64,000 bases of DNA, from the NCBI GenBank assembly GCA_047495785.1, contig JBLDXI010000025.1:1240001-1304000 (forward strand), given 5' to 3'. This document shows, one piece after another, positions 20,787-31,199 of the stretch; the first letter of the stretch is position 1, and every line of letters begins with the position of its first letter. Below the pieces are notes generated by a model. That model was not told the DNA's origin, did not search any database, and saw nothing but the letters and a program-made list of their open reading frames with translations. Made by a program: the position numbers and the translations under genes. The DNA comes from Lepidodermella squamata. Taxonomy: Eukaryota > Animalia > Gastrotricha.

Positions 20787-21218
20787 GGTTCCCGTCAAGA
20801 TGCCGCAAACCCCGAGGGTTCCCGTCAGGATGCCGCAAACCCTGAGGGATCCCGTCAAGATGCTGCAAACCCTGAGGGTTCCCGTCAAGATGCCGCAAAC
20901 CCTGAGGGATCCCGTCAAGATGCCGCAAACCCTGAGGGTTCCCGTCAGGATGCCGCAAACCCTGAGGGTTCCCGTCAGGATGCCGCAAACCCTGAGGGTT
21001 CCCGTCAGGATGCCGCAAACCCTGAGGGATCCCGTCAAGATGCTGCAAACCCTGAGGGTTCCCGTCAGGATGCTGCAAACCCTGAGGGATCCCGTCAGGA
21101 TGCCGCAAACCCTGAGGGTTCCCGTCAGGATGCCGCAAACCCTGAGGGTTCCCGTCAGGATGCCGCAAACCCTGAGGTTTCCCGTCAGGATGCTGCAAAT
21201 TCTGAAATCTCTCGCTAA
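20787..21218 (+). pseudogene. 5'-truncated duplicate of the QDAANPEGSR repeat gene (14 units, no signal exon)
   Basis: Matches 18640-19071; upstream sequence is GPCR antisense, not the signal-peptide exon. Confidence 0.8.
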
Positions 21219-22166
21219 GATACCCGGATAATTCCCGCCGACAGTAGAGTGAGTGAATGTTCATACGCGACAGGAATCTGGGAACGTTCCTTTCATGATA
21301 TCCCACTATATCTCTTTTCGTAGGTTGAAAGAAGTTCCCATCATGGAATAAAGCAAAACAAATTTTCAATTTGGTCATTTTTGAAAATATAACCAAGTCG
21401 TTGTGTAATAGCGGTTCTTAGTGTTTTATTTTTTTGAGATGGCTTTCTAAATCAAATATGAAAGGTCACCGTGAAAATGATAATGCAGAACCAAGAACAT
21501 TGATTACAGTTTACATAGGGATTAATATATTAGCAGAGCTTGATAATACGTTCTAACCTGAGAAGCACATATTTTCATACACCCCATATATTCCACTCAA
21601 TCGTTGCCGTAGCAGTTTAGCTTCCGTGCCTGTCCATTATTACGATCTTCCGCTGTTACATCGGATTTGACTTTTATTACGAACTCGAACTTTTAGTTGA
21701 TTAATGAATATAAGATACAAAATATTATATGAATGCGATGAGGCCGCTCGATGAGCATTTAGCGCCTGTTCAAACATAGATAGATGCCAAAACTGCCCCA
21801 GCGTTTTTTGTGGCCTAGAGTATCGCCACTCTAAGAGAATAACAACAGCTGAAGATGCAATGACGCCTAAAACTTCAAGTCAAAAATAATATTAGAAAAT
21901 TCTTATATATTTGCTGCATTGTAATACAACAGGCAAAGCATTGTCATATATGCATTGTCTTCTGTACATTGCCGGAAAAAAACCGGAAAAAACATAAGAG
22001 CGCACATATTATGACGACATAGAACCGCACTTTCGCGGCATGTAATTACGCGCGAAAGATGTTGAAGGCACGAAAAATAGTAAAATACTGTTTACCCTCC
22101 TTTACAGCCGTATCGTGTATGAGTATCAAGTCTCCTGAGCCGTTATGGCAACTTATGAATCATGAA

Positions 22167-22239
22167 GGGGGATTAGCTCAAATGGTAGAGCGCTCGCTTA
22201 GCATGCGAGAGGTAACGGGATCGACGCCCGTATCCTCCA
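22167..22239 (+). tRNA. tRNA-Ala (AGC), duplicate copy
   Basis: Identical to 20020-20092. Confidence 0.97.
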
Positions 22240-22352
22240 ATTTTTTTTTTTTTTTAATTTTTTTTTAAATAATAATTTCACGTCTTTTTTCATTTATATC
22301 AATTGGTTCGCACCTAATGACGGCATAACACAAAAGGTCGATGGCTTGAGGT

Positions 22353-24827
22353 TTAAGAAGAAATTCTGTGAACCATGCCATCTCTTGCCCTGAGCCATAT
22401 TAGCGAAATGAATTTTCCTCTTTGTGTCAATATGTGCACGAGGTTGATAAACGTAGCAAATGTTGACAAGACTGCGTATAGGGACGACACAGATCTCTTC
22501 GCTAGAACTGAGCTTGCAAACAAGATGACTGCAGACGCTGAGGTGACCAACACTACATTTATCGCGCATTCCCGATGTAGGTCGCTGTTCAGACGGCTAA
22601 AGCTAGAAATCTGACTCGAAGTAAGGTCCTTGAGAGAGTCACGATTCCTATGGCTAGCATTTGATATCCGGCTTGGACTAATGTCCTTCAGAGAGACACA
22701 AGTCACTCGAGGTCGAGGTTTCTTGGCAGTCTTCCACTTTTGCAATGTCAAAAATCCCAGAAAAATAGCTATGAATGTCAGAATTACTAATAAGCTGATT
22801 TCAACCAGTAATAGCGCGTTGTTCGTTCCAACGCCACATGATAAAAAAAGATTTTCCAGGAAAGTATCAGTGTCTTGAGAGTAAGACTGCGATACAATGA
22901 CGATTGATTCAAGCATTGATCCCGAAAAAATGCCAGCCATAACAATGCTGAACGAAGTCGAATTCAATATAATGAGTACAGACAGACATTTGTAAATGCT
23001 GTAACCCATGTCCATGGCCATTCCAAAAGCTAGAGAACTCATCAGAAGCCCGTATCCAGTTGAGATCAGGACAGACAGTGATTGGCAATAGGCATTTGCG
23101 TATGCGGTATCAAAACTTGTTGGAAACGTCAGTGCAGCTATTGTTATCAAGCAACAAGCCACCGCTTGCATGGCCAGCGTCAATCTTCTTCGACGGCTGT
23201 TCGCATCAATTTTCAGAGCTAATAGCTCAATTAGAATGAGCACTGCAGCTGAAATGCCAGTAAAACTGCTACCAACAGCGAGAGCATTTGTCGACAGAGA
23301 AGCCTCGAATCTGTGAAAATTCGGCTCACTTTTAGGAGGCAACCTTTCCTTATTTGACCATTCGAAGCTTTCAAGGAAGACGAAACTGCCATCAGCCCGT
23401 CTTTTCATGGCTAACCTTCTCGACCGGCCTTGTATTTGCTCGACGACGATCTGTGGAGTTAAAGACACCAAAGTACCAGGTAAATAGCCCATTCTACCGA
23501 AAAGCCCGGTGGAATTTTGACCGACTGTTAATTTCCTCACTAATTCGACCAGGCTGTTTTGCTTCCCAATGTCTGAGATAACGTTCCTCAGTGTCTCGTT
23601 AACTGCGTTTAGAGCTAATTCTGTGTCGTGAAGAATGCGAGCAGCGGCATGAGCCATGTCGTGGCAAATAAGCCTCCAACCATAACAGGCAATGTAATCC
23701 CATTCGGAACTTTCGAACGAAGAATCTCATTAAACTTGCCATATGTGACTCCTGTGTCGCTTTTTGACTCGGGAGAAAGCGAAATGCCAGAGTAGTCACC
23801 GCCTAAGAAAATAGCTCTCTCAGCGAACTCATCAGTCATTGTTTTAGTGCAGCCTCCAGGTCGAAGAATCCCAGGGGAGAGCAAGTCAACTGCACTGTTG
23901 AAGATCCATACGATCCTGGGGCCGAAAAGACCCTTGGAATAAGCCTGTGGCAAAATAAGGGACTGTTATCATGATATGGTTTCTTTAAAATCCTTTACCG
24001 AACAGGCAATAATAGGACAGGAATTGACATAGCAGCTCGCGAATATAATCCTAACATCAGCTGCCTTTAGTCTGTCAATCGATTCGCTAGGATCTGTAAT
24101 GAAAAATTCCTCTTTCGAAATATCCAATCCACCTCGTTGCGCGATATTCATAAAGTAGATCGAATCCTGAAAATAATTTGATTAACCAAACCAAAAAATC
24201 CTTAAAAAGGCTCACCGAGTATTGAAACTGGACCAAGTCAGAAAGAATCTCCAGCTTTGTCCAATTGAAGAACCTGATAACCTGAAAACGGGTTTCTGAT
24301 AATTCGCTGTTGGATGGGGCGAATCTGTAGAAATTCGGGTTAATCCGACGGTCGTCCAAACTGATGTCTGTGCAAGCGCCCGATATATCGATGTATCCAA
24401 AGTATTGTGCAAACCTTGCCGTAGCTTTGCACGTGGCAGAGCAAATTCCACCTAAAAATAGCGGGGCGGTAAATGCTAGTTTATTGCTAGTAGTTGATGC
24501 GACTGGAATGTTCACGCCGAGCGATTCATTAAGATAACTAGCCGGGCTGTAATTACGGAAGATAGCGATAGCTTTTTTGAGGCCCACCGAATCGAGGCAC
24601 TCGTCATCGCTTACATCTAGCACCAAGTTGTAGTTCGGTAAAATATCCTTATTTGAATTTACCGCATTCAGCGCGATTTCTATTGATTCCGTGCACAACG
24701 GTCCCATTGGTTGTATGAATCCACCTAAAGGCGCCATCATTGGAACTTTCAGGGTAAAGGGCTTCGACCAGGGTTGACCAGATACTTCGGATATTATCAG
24801 CATCGCGATCCAACTTGAAATGGCCAT
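22353..24827 (-). CDS. Divergent GABA-B-like class C GPCR, three exons (24827-24216, 24166-23999, 23944-22353), with an apparent frameshift near 23700 (pseudogene or assembly error)
   Basis: Signal peptide, DILPNYNL, DDEC, GGICS, NPNFYR; 49- and 54-bp GT-AG introns join QYS|DSIY and IACS|AYSK in phase 0; the frame switches from SKVPNG to DYIACYGWRLICHD. Confidence 0.8.
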
Positions 24828-26440
24828 CGTTATTATTGTAAAAAATAGGTATTGCTAAAAATTGAAATGTCCAATTAGCGTGACACAATCAGCTAAGACA
24901 TTTATGATGAAATTGTGATGAAGTGATCCTAGATGTTGAAAAGCAATAATCATTAGTCTTGGAACCGTAAACTCACATTTGGCTGCCTTCAACTGCACTG
25001 GAGATTTCTTAAATACGTGATGCGCAGCTGTCTCAGCAGTCCGAGGAACAGAACATAGTCCTGGAAAATGACAACTGCGCAGGTAGTCGTGACTTTCTGC
25101 TGATTACGAGCAGCCCCGAATAGCCAAAACAAGCCAATTGACTTCTTCCTACTCACACTCACTGTTTCTACCGTATTTTAAAAACTCCATGAACTCCAAG
25201 CTTGGATGATTACGTAGCCCGTTTTTTGAATATACCAAGAAGTTCGTTCACTCTGATGCCTTCCATGTCTCTCATTGTCCACTATATTATACAAATTATC
25301 GGAACCGACAGAACTCCGTAAATGCTGAGAGCTATATGTCATGTGCGTAGCTAGTCTGAACTCATCAGAAGGCCGAATAAAGCGTATCAAAAAAATGTTG
25401 AACTTTGGGACTATGTATAACCAACAGGAAATGGCATACACTTAAAGCATCACATTTCCTCTAAGCTGAGACCTGATATTCAGCATATTTAGCGAGTATG
25501 CAATTTCGACACATGATAGAAAGGGAGGCTATTTCTGTGGCATAGCCAACATATTTAGCCAGAAAATCGCTTTATGTAGGTAAAAATGAGGCTTCTGACT
25601 TCTTCACTTCACCTTCCAGGTGCATTATTAGCTCAACGTTCAAGATCAAAGGACTACCCATAGACAATAATACCATACCCCTTTACGTGATCACGCAATT
25701 TCACCCCGTCAAAAGACAAAACATCATTTTAAACAGGGTCAGATGATGAGCACCATGAAACATTTTAATGGCTAGTGGGTGGTTCAAAACACTTCCGCTA
25801 CTCCCTGCACGTAAATGACTTTTTAGCAAAGTTCGTGGCTATGTGGGCTAGCTCTTTTCAAGAGCTCTTTGTATTATTGATTTGATATTACAAATGACAT
25901 GTTCCGAAGATTAAAAGCTTCGGTTTGGGGTCCCATTTTGATCCCATTTCGATCCCTAAATAAAGCTCTAATTTAATATATATTACTTCCGCAGAAAAAG
26001 AGCAGCAATTGAAATTGAAAATAATTTTAAAATCGAATAATTTTCAGATATTTTTAGCCACTATCTCAGCTGCGGTTCAGCGCAAAATTCGCTGGCAGAT
26101 ACGGCGAGCGGTACATCGAAGAACACGGCGATGGTGTCTCATAAATAGCTTATTGAGTCTGAGTATGCTGACAGTGCGGGTTTCAACCGTCTACAGGCCA
26201 ATATTCTCAATTGGAAACATGTTATTTTTGCAATTCGCAGAATGTTTACTGAAGCTTCTATATAGTTATCGTCATAACTATTGTTGGGAAAGTTCATTAT
26301 ATGAAGTTCACTGCGACAAATATTTTTACATGCAAAATAGCGTAGTTCGGTACGAGCCAGCTATTTTTGTACGATAAAACACGAGTTTTGTTATCTGCCC
26401 TGTTTTCTGTAACTATCCGCACTGTAACACTTTTCGCTGT

Positions 26441-26492
26441 CTCTCTTTCTTCTTTCAAATATGCGGTAACTACGCAACCGTTTTTCTCCGCC
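26441..26492 (+). promoter_or_regulatory. Upstream motif shared by the two sushi-LU paralogs (partner at ~28939-28992)
   Basis: CTCTCTTTC...AATATGCGGTAACTACGCAAC...TTTTTCTCCGC vs CTCTCTTTC...AAATGTGGTAGCTATGCAAC...TTTTTCTCCGC, 85-160 bp before each ATG. Confidence 0.4.
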
Positions 26493-26576
26493 GTCGTGTA
26501 ACGTGATGATATATTTATTCATTCAAAAACGAAGACGTCTCAGTTTTCGGCAAACATTTGCTAAAAAGCAAGCAAA

Positions 26577-27754
26577 ATGAAACATATATTCTCTGCTCTA
26601 TTTTACATGTTCACAGTTTCGACATCAGTTAACGCTGAGGTAAGTCCTTCAAATCAACACTTTGATGATTCAAAGCTTTAGAAAGCTGAACGCGCGGATC
26701 GAAACATGAACATTTGAAATTCCAGTGCTACAGTCTGCCAAACGTAGCGAATGCGTTGTTGACAAGATATCCAGAGTCAGCCGACTACCCGTATGAGGAT
26801 GGTACAACGTTTATAATTGAATGCAACTCTGGATATCGGCTGGTTGGGAATAATTACATATCCTGTCACTACGGTGACTATGATGCAGTTCCACAGTGTA
26901 TCCAAAGAGGGGCGAATAGATCGGATGGGGTTGCGAATAGATTGGATGGGAGCATGAGCAGATCGGATGGGAGTGCGAATAATAGATCGGTAAGCTGCAT
27001 AACTCTACAGCATGATTATTTTGATCCAATTTTTCTCAGTGTTACTCACTGCCAATCATTCTGAACGCTGACGTGACGAGATATCAGGCCTCGGGAAATT
27101 TCCCGTATGAACATGGAGCAATCTATACCGTTACCTGCCAGATTGGATATTATCTCAGCGGCAACTCATTCGTCAAATGTCAAGACGGAACATGGCGCTC
27201 CGTTCCGGAATGCATCAGATCTACTACAAGTTCCTCTCCGCCTTCTACAACACCTCAACCGCTTTTTACCGGAAGACTTTCATGTGCTAAATGCACAGAT
27301 TGCAAAGATTCCGTGGGACGTATTTCGGAATGCGCGGATGATACATTTTCATATTGCCGCATCGTTGTTGTCAAAGGAGTTGTCAACATGCGCGATTGCG
27401 TGATAACCTGCAATGAGAGTAAGTTGGAACTAAAACACCACCGATTAATTCGATTTATACTGAATATCACCTCCAGCATACCTATTCTTGGCTGGGTCGA
27501 ACTCTCAAGCGCCTACCATAGGTTACAATAACCTGTCGGTTGGCAATTCTGTAACGGTTAGCGTATATGATTTCTATGAAACGAAATGCTGCCAGTCGAA
27601 TGGATGTAATGTCGCCGCGAATGTAAAAGCTTTGCGGCGTATTGAGCTTACATTTATGGCCCTTCTTCTCGCGACTAAGACGATAGATTTAATGACTGGA
27701 CATTGGAAAAGTTGGATATTCAGCGTTTACAACGTTTACAACTTACTCGAATAA
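26577..27754 (+). CDS. Signal peptide + 2 sushi/CCP domains + S/T/P linker + LU (Ly6/uPAR three-finger) domain + hydrophobic tail; exons 26577-26639, 26726-26989, 27040-27418, 27477-27754
   Basis: GT-AG introns keep frame; CCP motifs C...ECNSGYRLVG...C..G...PQC and TCQIGYYLSG...CQDGTW...PEC; 10-Cys LU ending CCQSNGCN. Confidence 0.85.
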
Positions 27755-28562
27755 TGGCAGCGAAACTACATGGGAATGCTTTTACTTTCATACTCATTGT
27801 CAACCAGATTGTTCGTTATCATTCTTGGTCAAAGTTTAATAAATTTATTTCCCTTTTTATTGAAGCGTTTGCTCAGTTCGCAATGCCAGTTATTTTCAAT
27901 AAGCAACTCACCATGCAGAGATCGGTCTCCGATTAACATTGAACAATTAGAGCATCCAAAGGGGAGCGTAAATATGGGGCCCGGTTATATTTCACGCTAC
28001 GGTGTACCTATACTCGTATCCTTTTTCGCTGAACTGTGCTGAAAATGCACCACCATAACAGCAGCGAACGCGATAAGGGCCCGCTCAATCTTTGCCATTG
28101 GAATTGCAATTGATAGACACAATGGATGGGTTGAATACACGGGAATTTTTAAAGGCTTCGCACCACGCTTCATCTCATGACGTGTTATCTATCCATTTTT
28201 CGGAGGTTGACGCGTCGAAATTCTGATGGCGATTCCACGCATCATGTGAGCACCCGATGGAATGTTTCGTGATTAGGTATTGCTGTTGTGGTACATCATG
28301 CTGCAAGACATCCGAGCTATGAATAACAAGTAAGGTGGTGCTTTTCGGTGCTTTTGAGGATGCCTAATTCGATTTGGACACTGACACGTCCCTTACTATC
28401 CAAAATACTCACAGGATAGCTGTGCCACATAAATTCAGAGATAAAGCGAAGTTTCACTCAATTATCAGCGGTGGCTAGAGTGTCGCCTCTTCACCGTGAT
28501 TACGTCGATTTTTAAGACAGCCCATTTATCATCCCGAATTGTTAAAAACATGTTAAAAATGT

Positions 28563-28692
28563 CAGTGCGCGAAGTACCACTGAATTGAACTGGGGGGTAT
28601 TTTCAGGCCCAGATTTTATGACCAAAGGTCTTTTTGGTGTTTTCCGCCACGGCCTGCCGATACCCCTCAATCCCCCCGTACTTCGCGCCCTG
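28563..28692. mobile_element. 130-bp hAT-type MITE
   Basis: TIR CAG(T/G)GCGCGAAGTAC; perfect 8-bp TSD AAAAATGT (28555-28562, 28693-28700). Confidence 0.88.
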
Positions 28693-29098
28693 AAAAATGT
28701 GTCAACCTCGGAACATCAGCCTAAACCTAAAAACTCTCAGAACCGAATAATATGTTGAAATGTGACGGAAAAAGTTGTTTTGGCGTAATAATCGATACCA
28801 GATAGTATCGTGCGAGAACAAAGCACCGAATTACATGCTGGCTACAATGAAACCATGGCAGCAACGTCGCTCTAAGCATAGCGCATTGCTGGAAAAAGTT
28901 GCGCACATCGAATAGATAATACGTTTTAGCTATTCTGGCTCTCTTTCATGTTTCGCAAATGTGGTAGCTATGCAACTTTTATTTTTCTCCGCAAAACATT
29001 TCATTAAATATTAATGACCGAACTGAACGCAAAGCTGCCTAAAGCCTAAAGCAGTCGCATTTTTCGATTTAGTTGAACATTTTCGCAAAACATACAAA

Positions 29099-30179
29099 AT
29101 GAAAGTTTTATTCTGGACACTGGCTCTTCTTTTTACAGCTTCGTCGGGTGTTAGCGCTCTGGTAAGTCTAATGGCGGCTTTTTTTCTTCATTTGAAATTT
29201 CAAAATGAATCTCAAAAATGCTCGGAATATAAATTTCCAGTGCTACAGCCTACCAAATGTAACAAATGCACTACTGACAAGAAAGCCTTATTCCACATAC
29301 ACTCCGTATGCGGACGGTACAACATTCATGGTTGAATGTAACTCTGGATATCGGTTGATTGGGAACAATTACACAACTTGTTACTATGGCAACTACACAG
29401 CACTTCCGCAGTGTGTCCAAAGAGGGGCGAGTTATTGGAGTGGGAATAGATCGGTGAGCTGCAGACTTCAAGACATCATTTTTCATCTTATCTTTCTCAG
29501 TGCTACTCGCTGCCAAGTATTTTGAATGCTGATCTGTCGCGATATCAGGCGTCGGGAAATTTCCCCTACGAGGATGGAGCAATCTATTCCGTTTCATGCC
29601 AAAGTGGATACTATCTTAGTGGGAGCTCATACGTCAAGTGTCAAAACGGAACATGGCCCTCCATTCCGGAATGTATCAGATCTTCAAGTTCTAGTGGTGG
29701 ATCGTCATTTCTATCATCGCTATTTTCCGGAAAACTGTCATGTGCCAAATGCACTAATTGCAATGATTTTGTCGGCACGATATCGGAATGCGCGGATGAT
29801 ACATTCAAATATTGCCGCACCGTGGTTGTTAAAGGAGTAGTCAACATGCGCGATTGCATGATAACATGCAACGAGAGTAAGTTGAAACTAAAACATTCGC
29901 AGCAAACTGATAGATTCAACTTGTAATGTACCTACTGCAGCGTACGAATTCTTGTCTGGATCAAAATCTACATCGGGTAACGCAGGATACAATGGCTTGA
30001 CGGCTGGTAGCACCATAACGAATACAGGATATGATTTTTATGAAACAAAATGCTGCCAGTCGAATGGATGTAATAGCGCCGCGATTGTCAAAGTATCGTG
30101 GCTTACAGAGTTTGGAGTTTTCGCCTTTATTGCGGTTATAAAGGAGATGAACTCATATATTGGAATTTGGATGCCCTGA
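29099..30179 (+). CDS. Paralogous sushi-sushi-LU protein; exons 29099-29161, 29241-29453, 29501-29876, 29941-30179
   Basis: Same exon structure and phases as 26577-27754; YETKCCQSNGCN; hydrophobic C-terminus (possible GPI signal). Confidence 0.85.
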
Positions 30180-31199
30180 TGGATATCGATTCTTGGAGAA
30201 GGATGATGGAGCTACGAGGATATCATGCTATAACTATAATGCCTATTTCTGTTCAAATTATGTTCTCAAGAATTATGGCATATTTCGGAATTGGGAAAGT
30301 TCCATCGGACCCCTAATAGGGATGTTAAGAGGATATTAGGATGCAGTCATTCGGAAATGTTGAATTTCGGACCTTGCGGACCTGGAGGAATAGCAGATGA
30401 AGAATATATGTCCGCTAACAAAAGTAAAGTCAGGCGCGCGCGGCAAAATTAACGAGAAAATATTTATCTGCGAAGAGTTAATAGAGCAAACGTTTAGCTG
30501 TTATCCACAACGTAAGACCATAGATTTTTCTTCGACCTTTTAGGGGCAGATTTTATCAACTGATCGTAATTTGCATTTGCGTTCAAGGGTCGAACGGACT
30601 TTCCATAAAATTCTATAAATAGTAAAGTGGTTGATCTGGCCTTTCGCTAACGAGATGGGCGTTGGAAACGTCATAAGACAATCATCACACTGCGCGACAC
30701 TAGATTTTTCTAAGTGAAGCGATCATTTTCAATTGGTAAATGATGAGAAGATTTATGTAGAAATTTTTGCTAAATTTGATTAATTCTTTGCATATTTTCC
30801 TTACATTTTCTTGCTCTATGCGTATGCATTGTTGCTTCAATATTGTTGAGAATCAGCCCCAAAGCTTGTGACTAGAGTCAGCCAGCCTCTATGAACTCTC
30901 AATCATTAGTCACCACTTATGTAGCCCATGTTAAACAAATGCTACATCTTTGAGTAATATGTTATTTTTATTTACTTTTATTCATCCGGATTGGTCATTT
31001 ATTCATGATAAAATGCGTGAATCGCGTAGATAATGATTGAATAATCCAATACTTGAGCCTTGCGCTGTTCATTTGTGGCATTAAGCCCATGATTAAAATT
31101 AGCCTAAACGTGGTAATAAATGGACGTGACAAATTGAGGAAACTTGCTAGATTCGAAGCTCACAAGCAGACAGAGCGCAGTACGCAGTTTCTGTCGAAA

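Larger units (their letters stand above)
18640..22930. repeat. Head-to-tail tandem duplication, 2147-bp period (~18640-20783 and ~20787-22930)
   Basis: No differences seen by eye; unique repeat variant AACCCCGAGG at 18661 and 20808, tRNAs at 20020 and 22167, GPCR 3' end at 20206 and 22353. Confidence 0.95.

Noticed and set aside
18435-21199. 30-bp repeats as a CRISPR array
   Set aside because: Units are directly abutting with no unique spacers, no cas genes are present, and the context is eukaryotic with introns
20206-21396. 396-aa chimeric ORF fusing (GNPQGLRHPD)n to GPCR TM5-7
   Set aside because: By-product of the duplication junction: the antisense frame of the repeat is open by chance, its variants are non-synonymous, and the start is non-ATG with no signal peptide
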